Source: Blasia pusilla
Lineage: Eukaryota
DNA: 64,000 nt
NCBI GenBank assembly: GCA_050084515.1
Contig: CM114271.1
Location: 28,582,001-28,646,000, forward strand
Direction: 5' to 3'
Position 1 is the stretch's first letter. Each line of letters starts with the position of its first letter. Below the pieces are notes generated by a model. The model was not told the DNA's origin. It saw nothing but the letters and a program-made list of their open reading frames with translations, and ran no database searches. Positions 1 through 12,229 of this stretch are shown here, in pieces. The position numbers and the translations under genes are program-made.

Positions 1-2041
1 GATTTAGTGCTCGATAGTCGATACACAGTCGCATGCTTCCATCCTTCTTTTTCACAAAAAGGACAGGGGCTCCATATGGCGAGACGTTTGGTTGGTTAAA
101 GCCTTTCTGCAACATCTCCTCCACTTGGGCTTTGCATTCTTCTAATTCTCTTGGAGCTAAGCGGTAAGGAGCTTAACATGGTGGTGTGCTTCTTGGAAGG
201 ATCTCAATCTTGTGGTCTACCCTCCGTTTGGGTGCTAACCCTGATGGTAAATCATTTGGGAATACATCTTTGTATTCCTCCAAAACTTCTCTCAATTCGT
301 CTGGTACCTCTGAATATTTTTTTAAACCATAAACATCTCTTATTAAACCTAGGAAACATACATCTTGATGTTTGATGGCGGTTTTTCCTATTACATATAG
401 GGGTAGGGTTCTAGGACATGATCTGACTCTGTCTCCGTTAAGCTTCCACTCTCGGGTCTTCACAATCTTTTTTCTCCAATCTACCTCTGGATTATACTGT
501 TCCATCCAAGGCATTCCTAAGATAACATCATAACGTGCTAACCTAATGACCTTCATCTCCAACTCTTCCAGATATTTTCCTATCCTCAACTCTACCTTTT
601 GAGGAAGCTTCTCAATCTTTTCTGTTTGCCCGTTTGGTAATTCTACCTCTTCTTTTTGATCCCTCTCTAAAGCTAAGCCCAATTTCATAGTTATGGCTCT
701 TGAAAGGAAGTTTTCTGTTGCCCCAGGATCAATCAACACTCTAACTTGGGATCCTTCTACTTCCCCGTCTATAACAATAAGACGTGTTTCTCCTCTCTTC
801 AAACCATTTACCTCCACATGTTTGTGTCGACCCTCGCCTTTCCTCCTTTTGTTAGAATCCAGATATATCGCGAGGCGCGACATCGTGGTTGGCGTTTCCC
901 TGAGGTCCGCCTTCTTCGTCATCTTCCTGCATATGCCCTCCTTCAAGATGATTAAGGGGGCGACGATGTGGCCTATTTCCGAGCCTACGAAGACGAAAAT
1001 TCATGGCTATATGACCATATCTACCACACTCAAAACATTGGCGTGTATCTCTTTGGACTTCGAATTCTCTCCCTCCTCTAGGAACCCCGACCCCGTCGGT
1101 TCGAGGAGCAATCCCTTGTATGTTGGGGTTCCGATCTCTCTCCATTGGCACCCTTCCATTATACCTTCGCGGCGCATAACCATCTCGTGCTCGAATGTTA
1201 TCCAACTCCATGGGTGTGGGTCCGTAGTGGTTATCCATGGAAGCAACCACCTCTCCTCCTCCTTCGTACACATTTGCCATACGTTGGGCACATGCGATTG
1301 CTTCATTGATATCTTTTGGGTTGTCTGAATCACCTCTTGACGCACCTTCTTCTTCAAACCTCTCCTAAAGAGATCGAGAGCTTATGGCCCACTCATGTCG
1401 TGGATTTGTATCTGCAAGTCACAAAACTCTTTGATGTAATCCTCCACATTTCCTTTCTGCTCCAATCATCATAATTTCATTCTAGCAGTGAGGATTGGAT
1501 CCACAGCTTGGAAATTTTGCAGCAGCCCTTGCTTCATTCCGCTCCATGTAATTTGTTGAGTTGTTTCAATCAAGGATCTCTCCCATTCTTGATACCATGT
1601 CAATGCTCGATCGATCAACCAAGATCTTACGAACATCCCTGCAATATGATCATCAATGTTGAAAAGGGATAAATGGATTTCCATCCGAGTGATCCAACCC
1701 TCTCATACCCCCATGGCTCGACTTCCTTTGTACGGTTCTACCTTACATGCATTTGTCATTTTCAATATCAATGATGCTTGAGCATTCATCTCCATCACTC
1801 TTTGTGCTGCTTGGGCCTCCAATGCTCGTGCCCTTAAGGTTTCGTCACTCTCCCCAGAAGTCACGATACTCGTGATTTCCGACTCCATCCCACCTATCGG
1901 AAAAACTCTCTCTCTCTCTACTCTCATATTTCTGACCGAAGCAACTTCTTCCGCTAATTCTTGGACTTAGTTTTGACTTTGATCAAATGCAACTCTCAAC
2001 TCTCTCAATTCACGAATCATATCCCTCAAAGTTTCTTCCAT
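1..2041 (-). pseudogene. Disrupted gag-pol of the Ty3/Gypsy element
   Basis: ATG at 2041 (MEETLRDMIRE...). ORF pieces 1703-1927, 1469-1684, 852-1280 and 173-946 are separated by in-frame stops and frameshifts. Confidence 0.9.
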
Positions 2042-2659
2042 GATCGCTCCGACTTTCCCCTGACCCTTTACTATCACTCTAATATAAGATCAAGATATAC
2101 ACCTGCCAATTTCGCACAATAGGGACTACAAAAGGCAGTGTTGACGCAATAACTTCATTATAATACTCTTGGCCAAACTTCCTCACCATAAACTCTCTAT
2201 ATGCTATCTTAGGTTGACAAACCACATGAACTATACATCGAGTGTTAAAAAACACTTGTGGAGGCCTATTCAAATCCATTCCCCATATCTCCTCTAAAAC
2301 AATATATAAATAGTGCAATCCCACACACGATCATATGTAACAATAGGGAGGATCACCGGATAGCGAGACTCCATCACTTGCGTCATGAAAACTTGACCAA
2401 AGTGATATACGAGGTATCTCGTGAACCAGTGTCTATCTACATATAAGAGTTTGATGGTGAACAGATTAAGAAACGGAAAATTAGGAGCCACTCTCGCTCC
2501 CCTTCCATCCATTACCTTCAAAACAACCCTTCCCCCTTACTCTACTTGCAGCTCTATAGCCACTACCAGCCTCTAACAACCTATATACTCTAAACAGTAT
2601 ATCATTACTTGGTCACCCTTCCAAGAGGGGTAATCCACTCTCGTTGGAAGAGTAACCTT

Positions 2660-2671
2660 GCTCTGATACCA
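2660..2671 (-). promoter_or_regulatory. Primer-binding site complementary to initiator tRNA-Met
   Basis: Plus-strand GCTCTGATACCA = TGGTATCAGAGC on the minus strand, 1 nt from the LTR-terminal CA. Confidence 0.92.
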
Positions 2672-2672
2672 T

Positions 2673-3025
2673 TGTAACTCTCCACCTCACGGAACCACTC
2701 TAGAGTTGCTCAAAAGTAGAACGCCCTCAAGGCCTCACCTCTTCCTTTATATACTTAGAGATAGGTACAATGAAGACAAATTAGCTCTACCTATCCTTAT
2801 GCCACATGTCCTACTCTCATAGCATGAGAGAATCTCCTTTGGAGTCTAATGTCCCAACCTCATCTTCCTCAACATCATCCTTATCTTCCTTTTCAGCAAC
2901 CTATGGCCCCACTCTCATCTTTATCTCGTGTATCTTGTCTTTTCTCTTTTTGGTTTATTCTTTCCCACTTATGCGCTTCATGTCATAGATTCTAACTTAA
3001 CTATGACTAACAAAGGATGGTTACA
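2673..3025 (-). repeat. 5' LTR (353 bp) of the Ty3/Gypsy element
   Basis: 6-bp terminal inverted repeat TGTAAC/GTTACA; TATATAAAG on the minus strand near 2745-2753; adjacent PBS. Confidence 0.88.
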
Positions 3026-3137
3026 CTCAAGCAATTCACGGGCATGCACTTTGTGTTGTAGTTGCACATTCATAACATACTTTCGCATGCGGCAAGCAGC
3101 TGCAAATTCTTCCTCCTCCTATCCCTTTGTAAGAGAA

Positions 3138-3323
3138 TCTACATAATTACAAGAGGACAAAATTTGAGGACCCCGTCCTCTGGTGATGACACATATACAT
3201 TAGGTTGCTCCCATGATGACACGTGTACAATTTTCATTAATATAGCAACGCTGAATTCAAATTAACTAACGGGTGCTATGCACGGGTGATTTTTACATGT
3301 GCATAGCACGGGTATTATACTAG
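3138..3323 (+). mobile_element. Putative non-autonomous mini-Helitron
   Basis: A|TC 5' end; 3' end GTGCATAGCACGGG-TATTATA-CTAG|T (short hairpin, then CTAG, inserted in AT); no TSD. Confidence 0.55.
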
Positions 3324-4202
3324 TATTCTCTACAAAAGGAGATGCTCTATGATTCACAGGACCAAAAGGAGAACGGAGGCAAGATGGAAATGGAAACGAC
3401 ATAAGTCAGGAACATGAGGCGGAGACCGCAGAGTGAGGATTTGCTTGTATTTTAAGAGTGAAGTAACCTGATGTAAGAATAACTCCGCCAGCCTAGGTGA
3501 TAGAGTTAGGCGTAGACAACAGTTGGAAATGGCGTTCAAGACCATGCCACGTCGAACAAAGCCATGGCGGACGGAGCTTTCTTGATAGCCCCACGGATAG
3601 ACACCTTGTTCTTTCCACCGAGGATTGGCAAGAGCAACACACAAAATCACACCACTCCTTGATCGACACGTAAGGCAAAATTGCAACATTTCATCTCATT
3701 TTCATTAATTTCCCCTCATTTTGCCCCAATTTGTGGCATTTCAATTCACTTCAGTTCAACAAGGTCGACTAAGGACGTGACTAGTTTTGTCTGGGCAATG
3801 ATTGAAAGAGCGCCTCCAGTGCTACGAGGAATTTGTGGAGCGGTTCAAGGATCAACTGTTTAGGGGTGATTGATTCACGGCCGCCTTGTCCCCACCAATG
3901 TAGACTTGGATTTGGTTTGGATTGTGGAGTTGGGTTTCATCTTGTACATCACATCCCCTGCTCTACTCCTTCTCTTGATGTTTTCTCTCCCATGAGAGAG
4001 AGAGAGAGTTCAGACTCTCTTCTTCTCCTCTGTTTTCATTTCTTTTCTTCTTCTCTAACGGCTTTCTCTCATGCGCGTTCTTGCGCTGTCTTTTGCCCAT
4101 ACATTCTGCAATCTCTTGTGGATAAGTCCCATGATCCAACATCTTCTTAAAATTTCCCCCCTACAAACGATGTTTGCATTTCAACTCTGAGAAAGAGTAC
4201 AT

Positions 4203-4321
<119 letters not shown>

Positions 4322-4459
4322 GAGACGTCGTGATGTTTGGAGATGGGGAACTTCATACACTACATGGTTATATTCATTGCAAGTTGAAGTATGGAATTCT
4401 CTTGTCAATGGCGCATCGCTGCGGTCACATTAGTCGTCGTGACTCTGATCGTAATAACC

Positions 4460-5780
4460 TTCTATATTGCAAGCTCCTTTCTCCTATTCGACTTCTAGGG
4501 TGAAAGATCGGGATCCAACCATATCCTCCGTCCTTTGAGAATGGCCTTGTTAGCCATGGCAGTATCACGTTGAGTTTGATCAAAAAACTTAACTAGAATA
4601 GCACAAGGCTGTGTTCCCGTTTTCCCAATGCATAAAGCATGAGCCAAGTCTGGGTTGTGAACATGAAGTGTATTGACCAAGAACTTGGTGACAACACTCT
4701 TCATCTCTTCGCACTTTATTTCCGGCAATCCGGAGATTCTCACATTCTTTCTACGTGCAATTTGGTTTTTTTGTTCTATCTCTTGCTCTTGATAGAAAGA
4801 GATACGAGCAACCTTTGTAGCTTCAGCATAAGATCTCATTCTCACTTCCAAAGTTTCAACAAACTCATGCAATCTTGAACTATAGGGAGTAGTCGCTAAT
4901 GATGATTTGGAAAGATCCAACATCACACTAAAGCTATCTTTCAACACCTTCTCCAAAACCTCTTGCGTTGCCTTCAACTCTCGGATTCGAATATATGCAA
5001 GGTTCAATTGAGAAGTACGTACCTTGAATTCTTGTCGAAGATCTTTCAATTCATGCAACACCACTTGCACTAGATTCAAGATTTCGTCTTGAGTAGTCAT
5101 CATGTAGTCGACTTCATTACATCCCAGATATTGCACGACCTCCAATCAAGTAGAGTAGAATTTTCAACACCACACAACTTCTGCTCTAGAAGGCGGTTGT
5201 GCTTGAAATTTCCATAGCTTGGGCGTCTCCTCATATTCCATGTTTTCTAAAAATATCAGCTTCATATGATACTCCACATGAAAGATATGGCCTCTGCAAG
5301 ATTCCAATCTGAAATCCTCAAATGTGGAAGAGCAAAAACTCAAATCTCTCACAACTTCATTTTTGTAATCTTTTTGGCCTTAAAACTTGTAGAGCTAGGG
5401 CGTCTCCTTACACTTAACCTCTCTTCCAAATCTCACCTTCATTTGATACTCCCCCTGAAAGATATGGCCTCCGCAAGATTCAGATCTGAAATATTCAAAT
5501 GTGGAAGAGCAGAAACTCAAATCTCTCACACCTTCGTTCGTCTCTATAACTCGGTTGGCCTTGAAATTTGCAGGGCTAAGGCACCTCTTCACATTCCTTG
5601 TGTTTTGAAAATCTTAGCTTCATGTAACATTCTACCTAAAAGCTATAGCCTCGGCAAGATTCAGATCTGAAATCCTCAAATGTGGAAGAGCAGGAACTCA
5701 AATCTCTCACAACATCGTCTCTATAGATGATTGACGAGAGGAAGCTATGGGCAACGTCTTTTCGTGAGCTGAAAAATCAG
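4460..5780 (-). mobile_element. LINE fragment: 5'UTR tandem monomers plus ORF1 (4495-5145)
   Basis: ORF1 coiled coil plus RRM-like motif KNVRISGLPE...AILVKF...RIWLDPDL, shared with copies at 18522-19310, 33201-33914 and 34801-35470; about 179-bp monomers at 5281, 5459 and 5639. Confidence 0.88.
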
Positions 5781-5789
5781 CCATCCACC

Positions 5790-6378
5790 ACATATGCTCT
5801 TCATCCTCAATACTTTCTCAACATAACCTATCACTTCTATCAATATTAAGCCATCGTCATTCCTCAATTCCTAGTCTATAAGACCCAATTCTATGTCGTG
5901 CGATAATATGATGTAAGAACGTGGAGATCCCTGCAAGTAGGTATCCTTGTTCATACTATAAAAGCATAGGATTAACATGAAGTTGATAATACCCCATTTT
6001 TATGCCCGGGCGGCTCCAAATAATGTTGAGGAATTGTTTCTGAAGATGCTCGCGGAGTGTCATTGGTTTCAGGTTCCAATCTTGTTTCGCCATATTCAAC
6101 TTTGAAGAGATAGTCACCACATCCGCAATCCACCTTATGGAATGTATGGCTCGTAAAGCTTGATGAGGGAGATGAGAAACATCAAGAGATCTCACCCTTG
6201 CGATATAAGTGATGGTCAAGTAGAAAGCTTCTTCTTCTAGAGGAAGACAACTTGTTTCCGCAAGAAGAATAGCATAAGGATTTTGGTTACACCCAATTCT
6301 TCTTGTAAAACGATCTTTTGCACCCTCTCCACGCGCTCCCAACCGGTCTTCTTACAGCTAGGGCCCCAAACTTGGGTC
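5790..6378 (-). mobile_element. 3' part of LINE ORF2, split from 15994-19520 by the Gypsy insertion
   Basis: Matches the ORF2 C-terminus of other copies (NQNPYAILLAETSCLPLE...). The sequence resumes at 15994 after a GGTC duplication. Confidence 0.9.
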
Positions 6379-6852
6379 TGTCACATCTGAGTAGCCGATA
6401 GGCCGAGATCTATCGTGGATAGGGCGTAGGAGCCAACGGACTATCTTGAGTGTAACTTTGTCCCACAGTGTCGGATGAGGTTGAGGATAGGTCCATTGTG
6501 TCAGAACGCGTCGTTTCGACGACTTTCTGTTGAGGTCTTTTACACCGGGTGACTTGTTGACCAGGTCACGCCCCTGGTAACCTGTCAGGTGCGCAGTTAC
6601 CAAGGAAGGGCTATTTTTGGGGTTTGAGCCTTTTGGCTCTTCCCAACCTATATAAGAGAGGAAGATGGCTTTCCTAAGCCATCTTTCTCATGTTGGGCCG
6701 TTGGAGCACCTCCCTTGTATGTGTGTGAGCTAGGACTAGGGTGCTAGCGTCCGGATTCCTTGATAGCACAAGGTGGACGAGGCTCGATATGCCGATGTAG
6801 ATTGAGGAGTGGAGTTTTAGGCCGGGTGTGCGTTTTGCTACTCTTTATTTTT
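6379..6852 (+). repeat. Terminal repeat A1 (promoter-bearing LTR part)
   Basis: Closely matches 15387-15855; contains TATATAAG at 6649-6656. Confidence 0.93.
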
Positions 6853-6866
6853 ACATGAGAAAGATG
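6853..6866 (+). promoter_or_regulatory. Putative self-priming primer-binding site
   Basis: ACATGAGAAAGATG is the exact reverse complement of CATCTTTCTCATGT at 6680-6693, which starts 31 nt after the start of the TATA box. There is no TGG-type tRNA PBS here. Confidence 0.75.
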
Positions 6867-8081
6867 TCGGGGTGGTGGGAATTGTTGTTTGCGGGTAGGC
6901 AAGCGTGTTGCCTCGGTTGGGGAGCCCCCGAGACGTGTGTGTGTCATTTTGTGTCATTTTTTTGTTCGAAGGCCGTGGGGAAGCGTATCCGTTTTTCGAT
7001 TTTCTTTGGTGCGATTGTTGGGGACGGCGGCGAGTGTAGCGTGTGGTGGGGCGTCGGGTGTACGCAAGTGAAGGCGTCGAAAAGAGAAGGAACGGACAAG
7101 TTGGGTCTTGCGCCGCCAGCCGGGGCTATCAAGTAAAGCGGCTAGAGTTAGGCACGGATGGCGACGGCGTGGCACGGATGGCGACGGCAGCGCGGCGGTG
7201 GGCGGGGCGCGTGCGCGATGAGCGGCCGGGCGGACCACGGCGCGCGCAGGCCTTCCTCCCCGCGCATTTAGGGCCCAAAGGGCGATAGGTCGTGGCCCAA
7301 GTTCTTCCCCCTCTTTCCGGCGTGGGTAGCACCGACAAGCGGCGGTTGGGCGATCAGTAGCGAACGTGGTAGGACGGACGAGGTCGGTCCGGCGAACGCG
7401 GTGCGCATGAGCAACGTGAGGGCAGGGAGGATGTCGACGTGCTGAGTGATCGACAAGTTGGGCAGCAGGCGTGACATGTTGTTTTGAGGCGCGCATAGGG
7501 CGTTGCGAGAGTTTACGCTGGAGGGGCAGTGTGCATGATGCCGACGGGTTGTCCGCATCTGTTGACGGGAGGATCGACGTGTTGGTCGAGGGGAGTGTTA
7601 TGTGGCGGAGATTGTCATATCATGTGGAGGAGTGCATATTGACGGTGCAGCAGGTTGGAGGGCGTGATCAGGTTACCCATTCGAGTCCCTTTTCCCGCAC
7701 TTATCGTGTGTGATTGAGAGTGTTGGGTATCGGGTATTAGCTGGTGCTAGATGGGTGCAGTGATGGTGACGAGTGTAGATTCTTTTCATGTGTAGCATGT
7801 TGGTGGATATACGGCGGTTGCCGAGTAGGGGTCGCGTGTATGACCCGAGAGAGTGTCGCTAGGTTAGGTGAGTCAGTTGGGAGGCTCATGGTGAGGCCGA
7901 GTGTTGAGCGTGCGTGAGGCCGGGTGTGTCATCACGGGATTGATGTTCGCATAGGTGAGCTAGTGAGGCGTGTGGGAGACTCTCGGTGAGTCTGAGTGCA
8001 TGAGCGGGTGAGACAGGGTTTGTCATCACGGCGTTCTTCCAGGGTTCGGAAGAACGGGGTAGTGCGAGTTGTGGTAGTGGT

Positions 8082-10500
8082 GTGACACGGAGTGGAGTGA
8101 GATATCGAGGGGTTACCAGTGAGGAGCTACCTCGACATCCATCCGTGACTGGATCGTCATCATTAGACACTGGGTCTGGTGACGAGATTGCAGACAGAGA
8201 CAGTAGTACTTGGCAGGAGATGGACGACATGGGCCATCGGGGCATGCGTCGTTTCTCGGGTGCAGTGGGCACCATCCACTTAGATGATTTCATCCAGGAG
8301 TTCGACACATGGTGCGACTTCCAGGAGATACGGACCCCCACACGGTTCAACCCTTTCATGGCATGGAAGGGGTTGTTCCAACACTTGGAGGGTCCTCCGA
8401 TGGATGACTACATGGAGTTTCGATCACTATATTCAATAGAGATCGATGCCTGGAGGATGTATTGGGCTCCAAGGTATGTGTCCACTAGTGGTCGCGAGGC
8501 ATATGATGGGATTGTGAGAGGAGAGAGACCCACACCATCAGCCCGGAGACTAGATGGAGAGGAGGACAAAGTGACACAAAGCGATGTGGCGAGACCTCTC
8601 GATGGTAGAGGGCCACCAGCCAGCCCCACAAAGTGGAGTTCTTCCGACGGTTGGGGAAGAGCTACAGGCGCATGCGCACCGACATGGTGAAGAGTCTACA
8701 GGATTTTTAGCGACGATCGGGTGAGAGTCTGAGAGAGGCATTCACACGCATGAGGAGGCTGATCATTGCTACGTTTGGAGGATCGAGTGGTGTCCGGCAC
8801 CCAAAGATTGGTACTGGGTTCGGGACCGAGAACTACGGAGGAGAGTCCGAGATGCGGTCTTTGATTCACACAACGGCCCACATTGAAGGTGGTCTTTGAG
8901 TTGTCTCGAGCGTATTGAGCTCAACATAAGTGAGGAGCAGGTAGTGACCGCTGGATTTTCTCAAGAGTCGACGGGTCCACAAGCGGCGGTGACCCCACCG
9001 GTGCCATAGCGGGCACCAGTACCACGGGAGCGGGCCAGTGTGCCTAGAGAGCGGGGCGATGGTACCGTGAGCCTATGAGGCAACGACCGCATCTACATAT
9101 GTTGCCCCAGGACCGATGTGGTCTTGTTGGGCGTGTGGAGGGGCCCATAGGCGGAGAGAGCGCCACAAGCATGGGAGAGGACCACAGCGCCTCGATTGCA
9201 CAGAGCCAGGAGAGGATGGCCCCACCACACACACAGTGTGACCATTGCCCAGATATGGTCACACTAGGGATAGATGTTTTGACCTTCGCCGAGGGCCTGG
9301 GGGCGGTCGTCCTGGAGGAGGTCGGGGAGTTCTTCTGGGCGTGGTGGTAGAGGACCACCACCGGCCAGAGGAGATGGAGCAGAGCACACAGAGCCGGCGC
9401 TTCTCGCATCGATCGGTTGAGCGGAGAGGATTGCCGCCATGACGATGATGCGGCTTAGGGAAGGCACGGAGTGCGAGCAACTAGTGTGACTCAGTCTCTA
9501 CCTCTTACCACGACCCGGTGAGGATCTCTCCAATATGGGATTCATGTGTAGTGCAGCCCAGGTTGAGGCAAAATGCGATGTGGTGACTCGGGGTGTCTGC
9601 CGAGAGGCACCGAGCCATCGAGAGGTGGAGTTGAGATTGACCCACCGAGGGGACCGATGGGCGGCAGCCGGGTTCCACATTGTTCACATTGTCGAGGCAC
9701 TACACACACCATCGATGGTGCCTCGGCGACCAACGGTGCCTACGTTCAGCACCCACGTCGACGTCACGAGGAGTTGGAGTGACAACTCCTATGCCGGCTC
9801 GAGTGGAGTCAGTGTCGACTATAGTGTTGGAGGTGGCCACTAGAGTGAGCCAGACTCCGTTATTTTCCGCCATAGAGTTGGCGACGTTGGGAGTTGGACC
9901 AGCTGAGGTGTTCCGGTTGGCCGCCACGTTGTGTGAGCGTGGAGAGATGACTCCTTCTTGTTCAGAGGTAGTTGAGGAGGTGGTGGACTTGCCCTCAGAG
10001 CCGGTGCTCGGGACGTTCCCCACAGAGTCATGGCATGCGGCGGCGGGCGGTTGGTAGATATGCCACTCGACCGGCCATAGAGCGGCGATGGTGACACTGA
10101 GTAGTGATTTGGATAACCGAAGTGGAGTATTTCGCTTGGTTAGTCCGACGGGACGGTATACCACCAGCAGTAGCGTCCTACTTGATTCGGGGCGCAACCC
10201 TTGATGTTAGGGAAGCGGCGTGTTTAGCGTTAGGGTTACGGAAGGCCGACATTGAGCCTTGTCCCTTCCGATCTGAGACCTTGATTGGGGCGTATCACCC
10301 ACTCGATATATGACTCGATAGGAGATTGTTGTCGAGTCGGCCGAGCATGTGACGGATAGTGCTATGGTACGACCGCGCGATTACGACTCGGTGAGTAAAT
10401 GCGATGTGTTGGTGGGGAATGCGAGTGTTATATCCCCTAGGATTCATCCTTGACACGGGAGGAGACCGTTGCTTATCGGCCAGGATGGCGGTCGGTGACG
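8082..10500 (+). pseudogene. gag and aspartic protease region (frameshifted)
   Basis: gag-like RRFSGAVGTIHLDDFIQEFDTWCD; Zn-knuckle remnant CDHC...HT.DRCFDL at ~9235-9290; protease motif LLDSGAQ at ~10178-10200. Confidence 0.75.
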
Positions 10501-10889
10501 TTCGGATGAGTCGATTACCCGTGCGCTTTTGCGGGGCGAGATGGTCGATCACGAGGCGAGTCTGCGACCACGTTGGCGGCTTTCACGGTAGTGTTAGTTG
10601 GCCAGGAGAGTTGTTAGAGGGGAACGACATGCGGAGGATGTCCCGAAAGCGGATAGTCCCACGGAGAGACAGGCCATGGCGGGTGTCTCTTCCCATGTTA
10701 GCAATGCCTCTTCACCATTATGGGGTACAACTCGAGAGCTGAGAGGAGTGCCGCGACCTCGTGAGGCAAAGCGGCGTGGAGTCATGTTTTTATCCCAGCA
10801 GCGTGAGAGTCACGTGGCGTCGGGCTCTTGGAGTGGAGACGATGACCCCACTAGATACCACACTGTTGTGTGGCGGTGCCTGAAGGAGG

Positions 10890-11830
10890 GTGTTAGGGTG
10901 TTAGATCTCTTTGGAGGGATTAGCACCGGATTGGCCGCAGATTGCAAAGCGGGCATACGGGTGCACCAGTACCTTTATGTGGAGAGAGATGAGACTGGCG
11001 AGTATCATTACGCCACGTGGCGAGATTGGTCGAGGTATTACGAGTTGTTGTCGGTATCTGCGATGACGGGGATACAAAGATACGCTACCCGCCGACATAT
11101 CGTTGGTGGGGCGCAGGATCTCGATAGAGTTGGCACCATTCATTTGGTGATTTGGATGGCCATGTCGGGTCATTCATCGGTGGCCGAGGATTTGGATTGC
11201 GGGGGAGGTCGGGGATGTTTTGGGAGATGCTGCGAGTAGTACGACACTTGCAGCAGAGTCAGATATGTTCTATAGCGTATATTTTGGAGAACGTGCCGTT
11301 GTTGGGAGATACTCATGCACGTGTGATGACGAGTGTACATCAGGTGAGGTCCTGGTTGGGACCGGCTGTGTTGTTAGATGCAGCGAGAGTTGGGTCACGT
11401 GCCCATCGTCCATGACTATGGTGGACGAACCTGATTCCATCAGAGGTACTGAGTCGAGCCTACAATGGAGTCCGGAGAGCACCACATCTCACGGTGGATG
11501 CTATTTTGGACTCAGGGCGTCGATCTCAAGTGGTGACACGCGATGATAGACCACCATTGGCCACGGCCAATAGGGTGGGGGAGTTGAGGGCAGCCTTACC
11601 TACGTTGGTGAGCTTCCAAGCATCCCATGCCTTTCGTCAGGGAGGGCCAGGTATGATTTGGGATGAGGTGACCAGAGTATTGGAGGAGCCTACAGCGAGA
11701 TGAGAGCGTGGAGCGCCATGGGGTTCACTACCGGTACTACTGGCGGTGCCGAGGGGATGGCGAGGCATCACGGAGACAGTGTTGGGGAGGCGGCGATGGA
11801 CCTCAAGCTGTCTCTCATATGGATAGTCAC
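10890..11830 (+). pseudogene. DNMT3-like C5 cytosine DNA methyltransferase domain inside the retrotransposon pol (frameshifted)
   Basis: Motif I VLDLFGGI (10898); motif IV GWPC(Q)GHS (11154-11176, across indels); RSGMFWEMLRV; motif VI YILENVP (~11278); motif VIII AHRP*LWWTNL (11401); motif IX/X-like ERAMGF..G.T...RRQ..G.AMD (~11700-11810). Confidence 0.88.
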
Positions 11831-12229
11831 CTAGGTATGGCGAGCGAGACGGATACGAGTGTCATCCATACCGTCACGTCCCAGTTGGACCCCGCCTCTG
11901 TGGTCTATCTGAGGCATTGGTCAAGGGGCGAGACGAGGAGAGATAGGCATCCATGGACTTCTGGGACGTCGTTCGAGCGAGAGAGAGTGCGAAGGCGGCT
12001 AGAGTAGCACATGTTCATTTTGCGAATGTGGGAGCATGGTGTAGGAGGTCATAGTGGAGTGGTACATTGCTATGGAGGTGGCTAGGGTTGCTACATAGCA
12101 ACCAAAGCCGGAGGTTGCGTCCTCTCCGAGTGAGGTCAGAATGGAGACTTGGGAGCCTGTGATAGGTCTCAAGTTGATAGGAGGAGAGCGACGGCAAGTT
12201 CATAGGTTTCTGCGAGGGAATGTCACTTG

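Larger units (their letters stand above)
1..3025 (-). mobile_element. Ty3/Gypsy LTR retrotransposon, 5' half (5' LTR, PBS, gag, protease, start of RT); continues past the window start
   Basis: LTR 2673-3025 bounded by TGTAAC...GTTACA; tRNA-iMet PBS TGGTATCAGAGC adjacent on the minus strand; gag with degenerate Zn knuckle CFECGRYGHIAMNF; protease VLIDPGATENF; RT start [19 protein letters not shown] at 1-65. Confidence 0.95.

Noticed and set aside
10890-11830. Independent host DNA methyltransferase gene or bacterial restriction-modification contaminant
   Set aside because: It has no introns, promoter or cognate nuclease, is colinear with pol, and begins at the same position in a second TE copy.
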